DNA of 64,000 nucleotides, taken from contig CAXXMU010000006.1 in the NCBI GenBank assembly GCA_963667785.2, forward strand, positions 1,056,001 through 1,120,000. The letters are read 5' to 3'. A program made the translations under genes and the position numbers. Below the pieces are notes generated by a model that was not told the DNA's origin, did no database searches, and saw only the letters and a program-made list of their open reading frames with translations. This document shows positions 30,768 through 40,326 of this stretch, piece by piece (positions within the stretch are counted from its first letter, which is position 1; each line of letters opens with the position of its first letter). This DNA is from Alphaproteobacteria bacterium (GTDB lineage Bacteria > Pseudomonadota > Alphaproteobacteria > UBA828).

Positions 30768-31301
30768 ATGAAATATCGTTTCGCAGCGGCGGCAGCGGCC
30801 CTGGCGCTCGGTGTGACCGCCGGCCTCGGTGCCGCATCCGCGCACCACACCTACGAGGTTACGGTGACGAACGAGATGGAGGACGAGCTGCTCGCGCCGA
30901 TCCTGGTGGCACCGGTGGCGGAAGACGGCAAGATCTTCGTCGGGCGCTACGTCTCGAACGAGGCGGAGCACCAGATCCTCACCGGAGAGCCGGAGATGCT
31001 GGCAGACGTCATCGGCGAGAGCGCCGCGATCGGCCACGGCAGCGACGGCCCCCCCGGCGTCCTCCTGGCGCCGGGCGAGTCGGTCACCTTCACGGTGCCG
31101 AACGGCGCCGCGCAGGTCCGCGTCCTCGCCATGGTGGCGCCCACCGTCTACCCGGACCACTACGTGACCGCGGTCGTTCCGCTGAACGGCGAGCCGGTCT
31201 CGGTGGGGCTCGATCGCTTCGATATCGGCTACGACGAAGGCCGCATGCAGATCGAGCCCGTGGCCGAGGCGGTCGCGACGGTGAGCGTGGGCGTCATGTG
31301 A
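30768..31301 (+). CDS. Secreted protein, possibly spondin-N-like
   Basis: Signal peptide MKYRFAAAAAALALG..ASA; TYEVTVTN, LLAPGESVTFTV, AMVAPT. Confidence 0.65.
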   Translation: MKYRFAAAAAALALGVTAGLGAASAHHTYEVTVTNEMEDELLAPILVAPVAEDGKIFVGRYVSNEAEHQILTGEPEMLADVIGESAAIGHGSDGPPGVLLAPGESVTFTVPNGAAQVRVLAMVAPTVYPDHYVTAVVPLNGEPVSVGLDRFDIGYDEGRMQIEPVAEAVATVSVGVM

Positions 31302-33321
31302 CCGGCGTCTCCGCGAGCCGTCGCCTGCTGTCGGCGGCGCGGCCGGCCTCGATCAGCGAGAGAATCATCTCGGGCCTGAGCGGCAGCGTCGTGATCTCGA
31401 CGCCGAAGGGCGCGAGCGCGTCACAGATGGCGTTGGCGAGCGCGCCCGGCACGGGCCCCGGCCCGCCCTCACCCTCCGCGCGGACGCCGGGCGGGTGGTC
31501 CGGGCTCGGCGTGGGCGCGAAGGCGACGGTGACGTGCGGCACATCGGCTGCCGACGCGAGAGGATAGCGCCCGAAGTCCGCCGCCCTCTGCCGGCCATCC
31601 TCGCCGTAGACGATCTCCTCGAACATCGCGTTCGACATCCCCTGGACGACCGCGCCCTGTACCTCGCCTTCGACGACGATCGGATCGATCACGCTGCCCG
31701 CGTCCTCGCAGGTGACGTAGTCGAGGACGATGAAGCGGCCGGTCTCGATGTCGACCTCGACCGTCGCGGCATGCGCGGTGAAGCAGGGCGCCGGCTTCGG
31801 CGCCTCGACGCGGGCAGTATGCGCTAGGCCGGGGGGCTCGCCCGGCGGCGGGTCCGCCTGCTCCCCGCGCGGCGGGAGCATGTCCGACGGGATGGCGGAG
31901 AGCTCCGCGCCGCAGGCGAAGCCGATCCCCAGATAGTGCCCCTCGGCGCGCGCGTCCGCCTGCATCGCGCGAAAGCCCGCGAGGTCCACCCTCTCCAGGA
32001 GCGTATCCCACGCCTTCAGGTAGTCGCCGCTGTCGTGACGGACGCCGGTGACACTGGTGAAGGGGAAGCCGGCGATCAGGTTCCTCCGCTTCAGCGCGGC
32101 GGTCTCCAGGCCGAGCCTGCGGGCCAGCATGTCGAGCCCGCGCTCGAGCGCGAACCGCGCCGGATACGCATCGGCAGGGCGCGGCGGGCCGGGGCACGGC
32201 TTGTTGGTGACGGCGCAGCGCAGCGTGATGTCGGCGTGAGCGATCGCGTAGGCGCCCGGCAGCATGACCGAGCCGAGCTGCGGCACGACGACGCCGCGGC
32301 GGATATCCTCCCGCCCGTCGCCGACGTCGGCGATGCCGCGATCGCGCAGCGCGAGGATGCGGCCCTCCTCGTCCGCGGCGATGTCGAGATCGTGAACCCG
32401 GTCTCCTCCCGGACCGGCCGCCATCAGGTGCTCCGCGCGCGTCTCGATCCAGCGCACCGGGCGCCCGAGCCTGCGCGCGAGATGGCAGACGACCGCGTGC
32501 TCCCGGCAGACGGACGCCGTGGCGCCGATGCCACCGCCCTGGTCGCGCGGCGCGACGATGCGCACCGCGGCCGCGGGCAGCCCGAGGAGATCGGCCAGCG
32601 CGAGGCGCGCGCCGTGGGGGTGTCGCGTCGCCAGGTGCAGCGTCAGCCCGTCCGTATCGCTCCAGAGCGCGAGCGCGCCCCGGGTCTCGATGGGGCAGGC
32701 GCCGCAGCCCTGGGCGCGGAAGCGTTGGCTCAGCACCACGTCGGCGGCGGCGAACGCCGCCTCGACCTCCGCGTCGTTCGCGGCGATTGCGTCCGAGTCC
32801 GCACCGCCCGTGCAGCGCGCGGCGAATATCTCGTTGCTCTCCCACCCGTCATGGGCCCGCGGCGCGCCATCGCGGAGCGCGGCCTCGGCATCCGTCACGA
32901 CCGGCAGCGCCTCGTAGTCGACCGCCACGGCCGCCGCCGCGTCCTCGGCCACGTACTTGTCGTCGGCCACGACCGCGGCCAGGGGCTCGCCGTGCCAGCA
33001 GACCTCGTCCACGGCCAGCGGCCAGACCTGCCGACCGCTGGCGCCAGGCGCCGGAGACGCCGCCGGCACCCCCCCGCCCGTCATCTCGGTCGCGAGCTCG
33101 GCACCGGTGACGGCAGCGACCACCCCCGGCATGGCCAGCGCCGCCGCCGTCCGAACGCTCCCTATCCTGGCGTGCGCATGGTCGGAGCGAACGAAACAGA
33201 GATGCAGGCAACCGTCGACGCGGAGATCGGCGAGGTACTCGCCCTCGCCTGCGAGCAGGCGGTCATCCTCCCGCCGCTCCAGCGAGCGGCCGATCCAGCC
33301 TTCCTCGCCGGCCGCCGTCAT
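31294..33321 (-). CDS. Xanthine dehydrogenase/CoxL-like large subunit, internally deleted and degenerate
   Basis: GRSLERREDDRLL, RSDHAHARI, AATVEVDIETG, ALANAICDAL; 675 aa; GQG and GSRS segment absent. Confidence 0.85.
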   Translation of the reverse strand: MTAAGEEGWIGRSLERREDDRLLAGEGEYLADLRVDGCLHLCFVRSDHAHARIGSVRTAAALAMPGVVAAVTGAELATEMTGGGVPAASPAPGASGRQVWPLAVDEVCWHGEPLAAVVADDKYVAEDAAAAVAVDYEALPVVTDAEAALRDGAPRAHDGWESNEIFAARCTGGADSDAIAANDAEVEAAFAAADVVLSQRFRAQGCGACPIETRGALALWSDTDGLTLHLATRHPHGARLALADLLGLPAAAVRIVAPRDQGGGIGATASVCREHAVVCHLARRLGRPVRWIETRAEHLMAAGPGGDRVHDLDIAADEEGRILALRDRGIADVGDGREDIRRGVVVPQLGSVMLPGAYAIAHADITLRCAVTNKPCPGPPRPADAYPARFALERGLDMLARRLGLETAALKRRNLIAGFPFTSVTGVRHDSGDYLKAWDTLLERVDLAGFRAMQADARAEGHYLGIGFACGAELSAIPSDMLPPRGEQADPPPGEPPGLAHTARVEAPKPAPCFTAHAATVEVDIETGRFIVLDYVTCEDAGSVIDPIVVEGEVQGAVVQGMSNAMFEEIVYGEDGRQRAADFGRYPLASAADVPHVTVAFAPTPSPDHPPGVRAEGEGGPGPVPGALANAICDALAPFGVEITTLPLRPEMILSLIEAGRAADSRRRLAETPVT

Positions 33322-33833
33322 GGCGGCGGCTCGGTCTCCGCCGGCGGCGGTTCGGGCTTCAGCCCGTGGCGCATGGCGGAGGCGGCGAGGATCGCCTCGA
33401 CGATGTGGCTGTAGCCGGTGCAGCGGCAGAGATTGCCGATCAGCGCGCGACGCACCGCCTCCTCGTCCGGGTTGATGTTCTCGTCCAGGAAGTCCACCGC
33501 GTTCATCAGGATGCCGCTGGTGCAGAAGCCGCATTGCAGGGCGTGATAGCGGCGGAAGGCGCGCTTCAAGTGGTGCGGGAGTCCGCGGCTGCCGAGACCC
33601 TCGATCGTGGTGACCTCCTTGCCGTCGGCCTGCACCGCGAGCGTCAAGCAGGACTTGTGGGCGCGGCCCTCGATCAGCACGGTGCAGGCGCCGCAGCGCC
33701 CCTCGTGGCCGCAGCCGACATGCGTGCCCGTGAGGCCGCACTCGTCGCGGATGAAGTCGACGAGGAGCAGGCGGATCGGCACCTCGCGCGCGCAGGCCCG
33801 GCCGTTGACGGTGACGGTGATCGCCTTGCTCAC
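33318..33833 (-). CDS. CoxS-like 2x[2Fe-2S] subunit
   Basis: GCGHEGRCGACTV..KSC, LQCGFCTSG, NLCRCTGY. Confidence 0.93.
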   Translation of the reverse strand: MSKAITVTVNGRACAREVPIRLLLVDFIRDECGLTGTHVGCGHEGRCGACTVLIEGRAHKSCLTLAVQADGKEVTTIEGLGSRGLPHHLKRAFRRYHALQCGFCTSGILMNAVDFLDENINPDEEAVRRALIGNLCRCTGYSHIVEAILAASAMRHGLKPEPPPAETEPPP

Positions 33834-33837
33834 GGCA

Positions 33838-34713
33838 CTACCCGCCGGCGGCGCGCGCGTAGGCCCGGGCCAGCACGTCGCGGCCGAGGGTGCGGATCAG
33901 GACCCCGCGATAGCCGGCCCCGGCGAGGTGATCCGTCTGCGTCTCGATCGCTTCTGCGGCCGCGGTGGCGGCGGCGGCGAAGGTCTCGGCGGTGCCCGGC
34001 CGGCCGCTCAGAAGCTCGTCGATCGCCTCAAAGCGCCGTGCCGTCGGCAGAATGCCGCCGACGCCGAAGCGGGCGGCCGTGCAACGGGCGGCCTCGTCGA
34101 TCTCGACCTGGGCCGCGATGCCGACGATCGGCACCCCGTCGGCCGTCGCGCCGTACTTCGCGTATGCGCTGCCCGTGCCGTGCGGCCGGCCCGCGGGAAA
34201 GGTGATCTCGACCAGCAGCTCGTCCTCCCTCAGCGCGGTCTCGTTCGGCCCGATCAGGAACTCCCCGATGGGCACGGTGCGCTCGCCGCCCGCCGGCGAG
34301 GCGAGAACGAGTGTCGCGTCGAGGCAGAGGCAGACGGCCGGCATGCAGGAGGCGACGTCGTTCCAGCACAGGCTGCCGCCGATGGTGCCGGCATTGCGCA
34401 CCTGCCGGTCGCCCAGCGTGGCGGCCGCATCCGATATCGCCTGCAGGGCCCCGTGCAGGGCCGTCGTGGCGGCCAGCTCGCGGTAGCGGGTCAGCGGGCG
34501 TACGGTGACGACGCGGGAGCTCTTGGCGATGCCCCTCAGCGCCTCGATCTCGGTCAGGTCGATCAGCACCCGCGGCGCGGCCAAGCGTGCCCTCATCGCC
34601 TGCATCAGGCTCGTGCCGCCGGCGATCCAGGCGGCGCCTGCGCGGGCACGACTCGCGAGCGCCTCCTCGACGCTCTTCGGCGCGCAATAGTCCTCGATGG
34701 GTGCCGGGTACAT
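33838..34713 (-). CDS. CoxM-like FAD-binding subunit
   Basis: MYPAPIEDYCAP, IAGGTSL, QVRNAGTIGGS. Confidence 0.92.
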   Translation of the reverse strand: MYPAPIEDYCAPKSVEEALASRARAGAAWIAGGTSLMQAMRARLAAPRVLIDLTEIEALRGIAKSSRVVTVRPLTRYRELAATTALHGALQAISDAAATLGDRQVRNAGTIGGSLCWNDVASCMPAVCLCLDATLVLASPAGGERTVPIGEFLIGPNETALREDELLVEITFPAGRPHGTGSAYAKYGATADGVPIVGIAAQVEIDEAARCTAARFGVGGILPTARRFEAIDELLSGRPGTAETFAAAATAAAEAIETQTDHLAGAGYRGVLIRTLGRDVLARAYARAAGG

Positions 34714-34823
34714 GACGGCTCACAGACTAGGCACGATGCCGTGCAGGCGAAAGGAGGGGGCCGCGGTCGATCGCCGGCTAGAGCATTATCCGGCCATACG
34801 AGGTCACCACGGCTCGACAGCAC

Positions 34824-34993
34824 CCACCTCCCCTGCCCCCTCCTCCCAGGAGGAGGGGGAACGAAAGCGGTGCCGCTCCTTCTCCCTCTCCTCCCCCTCG
34901 CGCTGTAAGGCGCGGTAGCCAAGCTCGCGGAGCGAGCGCCCGGCGACTGAGGGAACATGGAAGGGGGAGGAGAGGGCCGGGGTGAGGTGGGGG
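34824..34993. repeat. REP-like multi-hairpin element, family C copy 2 (inverted)
   Basis: Reverse complement aligns with 19945-20052 with an extra insert in one loop. Confidence 0.7.
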
Positions 34994-35067
34994 AAGCTCG
35001 GGCGGCACCGCACGAGGATCGGGCACCCGCGGCAACTCGCTGCAATCGTGTCTGAACGAAAAGGGTT

Positions 35068-36477
35068 CTACCGCTCGGCGTCCTCCACCTCCTTGCCGAA
35101 CAGCCTCACCCGCGTGCCTGCCAGCATGGCGCCGAGCTTCGTCCTGATCGCCCAGAGACAGACGAGCGAGGGAAGCACCATCAGCGTCGTGATGACGAAG
35201 AAGGTGCCCCAGTCGCCCTCCAGCCAGTCCACCAGCTCGCCCGAGGACGCGGCGAGCAGGGTCCGGCCCGCGGTGCCGATCGAGGCGAGCAGCGCGTACT
35301 GGGTGGCGGTATAGGTCCGGTCCACCAGCATGGAGATGAAGGCGACGAAGGTGACCGTCGCAAACGCGCTGGTGAGGTCGTCCATCACCACCGCCGCCGC
35401 GAACACCGCCTCCGAGCGGCCGGTCCAGGCGAGCGCGGCGAACATGAGGTTGGTCAGCGCCATGGCGATCCCGGCCAGGAACATGGCCTTGATCAGGCCG
35501 ATCCGGATCGCCGCCAGCCCGCCCAGCAGCGTGAACGCCACGGTGACGACCCAGCCGAGCCCGCCCGAGTAGAGCGCGATGTCCGGCTTGGAGAACCCGA
35601 CCTCGGTATAGAATACGAGGGACATGCGGCCCAGGAACGCCTCGCCGATCTTGAACAGGAAGACGAAGCCGAGAATCGCGGCGGCGATGGCGAAGCCGTT
35701 GGCCCGGAAGAAGCGCGCGAGCGGGCCGAGCACGGTGGCGCCGGCCCAGGCGGCGGCGCGGCCGAGCGGGCCGGAGAGCGCGAGGCGGGCCGCGATGCGC
35801 TTCTCGTCCTCGGCCTGGGCGGCGATCCGCTCCTCCGCCGGGCGCTCGCGCACGAACATGAGGCCGATGTTGCAGAGGACGACCACGACCCCGAGCACGA
35901 GGAAGGTCGCCTGCCAGTAGCCTTCCACGCCCGCGTTTTGGAAGGCCTCGGCCACATGGAGCGCGACGATGCCGCCGAGCTTGAACCCGGTCCACCAGCC
36001 CACCACGGCGACCGCCGCGCCGGCGGCCATCGCCTCGCCCTCGGCCCTCCCGAATTGCTCGATCCTGAGCGCGTCGATGGTGATGTCCTGGGTCGCCGAG
36101 GCGACGGCGACGACGAGGCCGACGGCAATGACGGCGCCGAGCGCGGCGCTGGGGTCAAGCGCGCTCCACAGCACGAGGCACACCAGGATCACCGCCTGAA
36201 GGACGACGATCCACGCGCGGCGATGGCCGATCCTGTCTGTGAGCCACGGCAGCCGGACGCGGTCGATGAGCGGCGCCCAGAGGAAGTTGAACGCGTACAC
36301 GCCGAAGATGAGCCCGGCCCAGCCGATGGTGCTGCGGCTGAGGCCGTCCTCCTTCAGCCAGAGGGTGAGGCTGCTGCCGATGAGGACCCAGGGGAACCCG
36401 CTGACGATCCCGAGCAGGAAGATGCGGGCCATCCGCCGCTCGAGGTAGACGGCAAGCGATGCCGCTAGTCCCTGCAC
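35068..36477 (-). CDS. ampG: AmpG family muropeptide MFS permease
   Basis: LLGIVSGFP, FLWAPLID, SATQDITIDA, YTATQYALLAS; GTG start with GGGAGG. Confidence 0.92.
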   Translation of the reverse strand: MQGLAASLAVYLERRMARIFLLGIVSGFPWVLIGSSLTLWLKEDGLSRSTIGWAGLIFGVYAFNFLWAPLIDRVRLPWLTDRIGHRRAWIVVLQAVILVCLVLWSALDPSAALGAVIAVGLVVAVASATQDITIDALRIEQFGRAEGEAMAAGAAVAVVGWWTGFKLGGIVALHVAEAFQNAGVEGYWQATFLVLGVVVVLCNIGLMFVRERPAEERIAAQAEDEKRIAARLALSGPLGRAAAWAGATVLGPLARFFRANGFAIAAAILGFVFLFKIGEAFLGRMSLVFYTEVGFSKPDIALYSGGLGWVVTVAFTLLGGLAAIRIGLIKAMFLAGIAMALTNLMFAALAWTGRSEAVFAAAVVMDDLTSAFATVTFVAFISMLVDRTYTATQYALLASIGTAGRTLLAASSGELVDWLEGDWGTFFVITTLMVLPSLVCLWAIRTKLGAMLAGTRVRLFGKEVEDAER

Positions 36478-36682
36478 GCTGCCTCCCGAGCCGTTCGGCC
36501 CCACCCGCCGGGCCACGCCGGCCGCAAGCGGTTGCGGCGGAATGCTAGCCCGCATTACTCACCAGGGTCACGGTCTGCGGGACGCGGGCACGCCGGCGCG
36601 ATGCCGACGGCGCGCGAGGTCTCGTGTTGACGCGGCCTGCGCTCGGCCCGCACCATCGCCCGGAACGACCAGGGTGAGGGCG

Positions 36683-37885
36683 ATGGAACAGCTCAAGACG
36701 ATCCGGAACGGCGAGAGGGTCCGGCCCACCTTCTCGGCTGCCGAGATGAACCGCAGGCTCGGCGCCTTGCGCGCCCACATGGCGGAGAGGCAGATCGATG
36801 CCTGCCTCTTCACCTCGTATCACAACATCCACTATTTCAGCGACTTCCTCTACTGCTCCTTCGGGCGCTCCTACGGCCTGGCGGTCACGCAGGAGAGCCA
36901 GACCACGATCTCCGCCAACATCGACGGCGGACAGCCCTGGCGGCGCACTTTCGGCGACAACGTCGTCTACACCGACTGGCACCGGGACAACTACTTCGTG
37001 GCCGTGAAGGGGCTGATCCGGGACGGCTCGCGGGTCGGCGTGGAGTTCGACCACATCACGGTCGAGAACCTGCGCAAGCTGCAGGACGCCCTGCCGGCGG
37101 CGGAGCTGGTCGACGTGGGCAAGCCGACCATGCGCATGCGGATGGTGAAGTCCGACGAGGAGATCGCCTGGATCCGCGAGAGCGCCCGCATCGCAGACGT
37201 CGGCGGCGCGGCCTGCGTGGAGGCGATCGCCGTCGGCGTGCCGGAGTACGAGGTGGCGCTGCATTCGACGCGCGCCATGGTGCGTGAGATCGGCGCCAGC
37301 CAGCCGCACGTGGAGCTGATGGACACCTGGACCTGGTTCCAGTCCGGCATCAACACCGACGGCGCCCACAACCCCGTCACCTCACGCCGGATCGAGCGCG
37401 GCGACATCCTGAGCCTCAACTGCTTCCCCATGCCGTCCGGCTACTACACGGCGCTGGAGCGCACCCTCTTCGCCGAGGAATGCTCGGACGAGCACCTGCG
37501 GCTGTGGCGGATCAACGTCGAGGTGCACGAGGCGGGGATCGCGCTCATCAGGCCGGGCGCACGCTGCTGCGACATCGCCGCGGCGCTCAACGAGATCTAC
37601 GCGCGCCACGGACTGCTCGAAAACCGCACCTTCGGCTACGGCCACAGCTTCGGCGTGCTCTGCCACTACTACGGCCGCGAGGCGGGGCTCGAGCTGCGGG
37701 AAGATGTGGAGACCGTGCTCGAGCCCGGCATGGTGGTCTCCATGGAGCCGATGATCATGATCCCCGACGGCGAGCCCGGCGCGGGCGGCTACCGCGAGCA
37801 CGACATCCTGGTGGTGGGCGAGGAGGGCGCCGAGGACATCACCGGGTTCCCCTACGGGCCGGCGCACAACATCGTGCGCGGCTAG
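36683..37885 (+). CDS. Creatinase (creatine amidinohydrolase, M24 fold)
   Basis: YCSFGR, ELMDTWTWFQSGINTDGAHNPVT, GYGHSFG..HYYGREAGLELRED, GAGGYREHDIL. Confidence 0.95.
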   Translation: MEQLKTIRNGERVRPTFSAAEMNRRLGALRAHMAERQIDACLFTSYHNIHYFSDFLYCSFGRSYGLAVTQESQTTISANIDGGQPWRRTFGDNVVYTDWHRDNYFVAVKGLIRDGSRVGVEFDHITVENLRKLQDALPAAELVDVGKPTMRMRMVKSDEEIAWIRESARIADVGGAACVEAIAVGVPEYEVALHSTRAMVREIGASQPHVELMDTWTWFQSGINTDGAHNPVTSRRIERGDILSLNCFPMPSGYYTALERTLFAEECSDEHLRLWRINVEVHEAGIALIRPGARCCDIAAALNEIYARHGLLENRTFGYGHSFGVLCHYYGREAGLELREDVETVLEPGMVVSMEPMIMIPDGEPGAGGYREHDILVVGEEGAEDITGFPYGPAHNIVRG

Positions 37886-38059
37886 AGCGTGTCCGCTTTG
37901 CACGGAAACGCTCTAGCCTCTTTGTCGCTCACGGCAGCCGGCCTGTGGCCGGCGCCTCCGCGTCGCGCGTTCACGCGCGCGGGCGCGCGATGGCGCCGCA
38001 TAGGCGGCGGGCCGCAGTCGCGGCCTGTCGCGTATCCGTCAAAGACGGATACGCTCTAG
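37882..38059. repeat. Palindromic MITE-like element, family A copy 2 (inverted)
   Basis: CTAGAGCGTGTCCG ... CGGATACGCTCTAG; first CTAG contains the creatinase stop codon. Confidence 0.85.
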
Positions 38060-38072
38060 CCCGGCCCGCCGC

Positions 38073-39008
38073 GTGCCAGAGACGCCCGCAGCGCAAGCAG
38101 GCCCAAGGTCGCTGCTCTGGCCGGCGCTGCTGCTGGTCGTCTCTGCGCTGGGCTGGGGCCTGCTCTACTCGCTCAACCGGCTGGCGACGACCGACGGCAT
38201 CCCCTTCATCCCCTACGTGTTCTGGATGGGCGTGGGCGCGGCGCTCATCCTGCTGGGGCTCGGCGCAGTGTTCCGCACGCTGCCGCGGCTCTCGTGGGAG
38301 CATCTGCGCGGCTACCTCGTGCTCGGCACGATCTCCTTCGGCATGACCTACACCATCCTGGCCTTCGTCGCGCCCAAGGTGCCAGCAGGCGTGCTCGGGC
38401 TGGGTGCGACTCTCACGCCCATCCTCACCTACCCCGCCGCCGCGCTCTTCCGGATGGACCGCTTCCGCGCGATCCGCACCGTGGGCCTGGTGCTCGGCGT
38501 CGGCGGCGTGGCGCTGGTGGTGGTGCCCGAGACCAGCCTTCCCACCCGCGCCATGGCTCCCTGGGTGCTGCTGAGCTTCGCAGGCCCGGTTCTCTATGTC
38601 GCGAACGCGCTGATCATCGCGTGGATCAGGCCGCCGCCCGCCGGCGCGCTGCCGCTGGCCGGCGGCGTTCTCGCGACCGGGGCCGTCTTCATGTTCGCGG
38701 TGATGGCGGCGAGCGGTGAGTGGTGGTGGTTCGAGGGGCCGATGACCGCCGGCGACTGGGCGCTCGCGGGTGCTGCGGGCACCATGGCGCTGGTCTTCTA
38801 TCTCATGGTCGAGATCATCCGCCTCGCCGGCCCCGTCTTCTTCACGACGGTCAACTTCATGATCCCCCTCACCGGCATCGGCTGGGGCATGCTCTTCTTC
38901 GGCGAGCGCCACAGCGTCTGGATCTGGGCCGCGCTGGTCCTCATGCTCGCCGGCCTCTTCCTCGTCAACCGGCCGGCCAGGCCGCGCGACGACGACGCCA
39001 CGCCGTGA
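38073..39008 (+). CDS. DMT/EamA family transporter
   Basis: About 10 hydrophobic helices in two halves, IRLAGPV, LFFGE. Confidence 0.88.
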   Translation: MPETPAAQAGPRSLLWPALLLVVSALGWGLLYSLNRLATTDGIPFIPYVFWMGVGAALILLGLGAVFRTLPRLSWEHLRGYLVLGTISFGMTYTILAFVAPKVPAGVLGLGATLTPILTYPAAALFRMDRFRAIRTVGLVLGVGGVALVVVPETSLPTRAMAPWVLLSFAGPVLYVANALIIAWIRPPPAGALPLAGGVLATGAVFMFAVMAASGEWWWFEGPMTAGDWALAGAAGTMALVFYLMVEIIRLAGPVFFTTVNFMIPLTGIGWGMLFFGERHSVWIWAALVLMLAGLFLVNRPARPRDDDATP

Positions 39009-39303
39009 CGGCCAGGGGCGCTCCTCCCCGGCGACGCCCCGGACCATGGTGCGCTGCACCGGTCGTGCCTCCGGTGCCAGTCTCGGCCCATGCGGCGCGA
39101 GAGCGAGTCATGGCAGGCGGACGCGGAATCGGCGGGCGCCCTTCGCCGGGCGCTGCGGCGGGCGGAGGCCCTGCCGGGAGCGCGCCGCCGCCGGGCGCCG
39201 GCTTTGCCCCTTGTGTCGGTTTGTGCCGGGTTGTCCCGGGATATTCCGCATAAAAAACGAGGGAGGTGTGCCACTTCAAAAACGAGGGGGGTGTGCCACT
39301 TCG
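38974..39303 (+). repeat. Long direct repeat D, copy 1 (with internal 25 bp tandem pair at 39253-39302)
   Basis: High identity to 47405-47693, e.g. CCCCGGCGACGCCCCGGACCATGGTGCGCTGCACCGGTCGTGCCTCCGGTGCCAGTCTCGGCCCATGCGGCGCGAGAGCGAG. Confidence 0.92.
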
Positions 39304-39342
39304 GGGCTGCTGCGGGCCGGCGGCCGGGCGCCGACCAGGACC

Positions 39343-40326
39343 TCAGTGGAGGAAGCAGGCGACCTTGTGGCCGTCGCGCACCTCCTTGAGCTCGGGCTGC
39401 TGCTCCGAGCAGACCGGCATCCGGTGCGGACACCGGGTGTGGAAGGGGCAGCCCGGCGGAGGGCTGATCGGGCTCGGCACGTCGCCCTCGAGCCCGCCGA
39501 GCGAGTCGGCGCGCGGCCCGTCGGGATTGGCCTCGGGGATCGCGCTGATCAGCGCCTGTGAATAGGGATGCAGCGGCTCGCGGTAGAGGCTCTCGCTTTC
39601 CGCGATCTCCACGATCCGGCCGAGATAGAGCACCGCGGTGCGGTTGCAGAAGCGCTTCACCACCGAGAGGTCGTGGGAGATGAAGACGTAGGTGAGCTGA
39701 AAGCGCCCCTGCAGGTCGATCAGGAGGCGCAGGATCTGGGCTCGGATCGAGACATCGAGCGCGGAAACCGGCTCGTCGAGGATGAGCAGCTTGGGCTGCA
39801 GGATGAGGGCGCGGGCGATGGCGACGCGCTGGTTCTGCCCGCCGGAGAACTCGTGCGGCAGCCGGTCGTAGTAGTCCGCGCTGAGGCCCACGACCTCGAG
39901 GAACTCGCGCGCGCGGTCGAAGCGGTCCACCTTGTCGCCGATGCCGTGGAAGCGGAGCGGCTCGGCGATCTGGTTGCCGACCGACATGCGCGGGTTGAGC
40001 GAGCTGAGCGGGTCCTGGAAGACGATCTGCATCTCGCGCCGGAGCGCCAGCAGCTCCTTCTTGGTGCACGCTAGCACGTCGACGTCGTCGAGCGTGACCG
40101 AGCCTGCGGTGGGCTCGATCAGCCGCAGGATGAGGCGCGCAGTGGTGGACTTGCCGCAGCCGGATTCGCCGACGAGGCCCAGCGTCTCCCCCCGCGTCAC
40201 GTCGAAGTCGACGCCGTCGACGGCGCGCAGGATCGGCGGCGCGTCGAACAGGCCCTTGGGGTCGAGCTTGAAGTGCTTGACCAGTCCCTCGACCGAGAGG
40301 AGAGGGCCGCTCGCGGCGTCGTTCAT
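39343..40326 (-). CDS. Dipeptide/oligopeptide ABC ATP-binding protein (DppF/OppF-like)
   Basis: GESGCGKST, FSGGQNQR, DEPVSALD, GCPFHTRC, VACFL. Confidence 0.93.
   Translation of the reverse strand: MNDAASGPLLSVEGLVKHFKLDPKGLFDAPPILRAVDGVDFDVTRGETLGLVGESGCGKSTTARLILRLIEPTAGSVTLDDVDVLACTKKELLALRREMQIVFQDPLSSLNPRMSVGNQIAEPLRFHGIGDKVDRFDRAREFLEVVGLSADYYDRLPHEFSGGQNQRVAIARALILQPKLLILDEPVSALDVSIRAQILRLLIDLQGRFQLTYVFISHDLSVVKRFCNRTAVLYLGRIVEIAESESLYREPLHPYSQALISAIPEANPDGPRADSLGGLEGDVPSPISPPPGCPFHTRCPHRMPVCSEQQPELKEVRDGHKVACFLH

Noticed and set aside
31294-34713. Aerobic CO dehydrogenase
   Set aside because: No AYXCSFR or AYRGAGR active-site loop, and cofactor-binding segments are missing
39253-39302. 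25 bp repeats as a CRISPR array
   Set aside because: Only two directly adjacent units, no spacers, no cas genes
39046-39565. Similar short ORFs within both copies of repeat D
   Set aside because: Low-complexity translations, no RBS, and frames differ between copies
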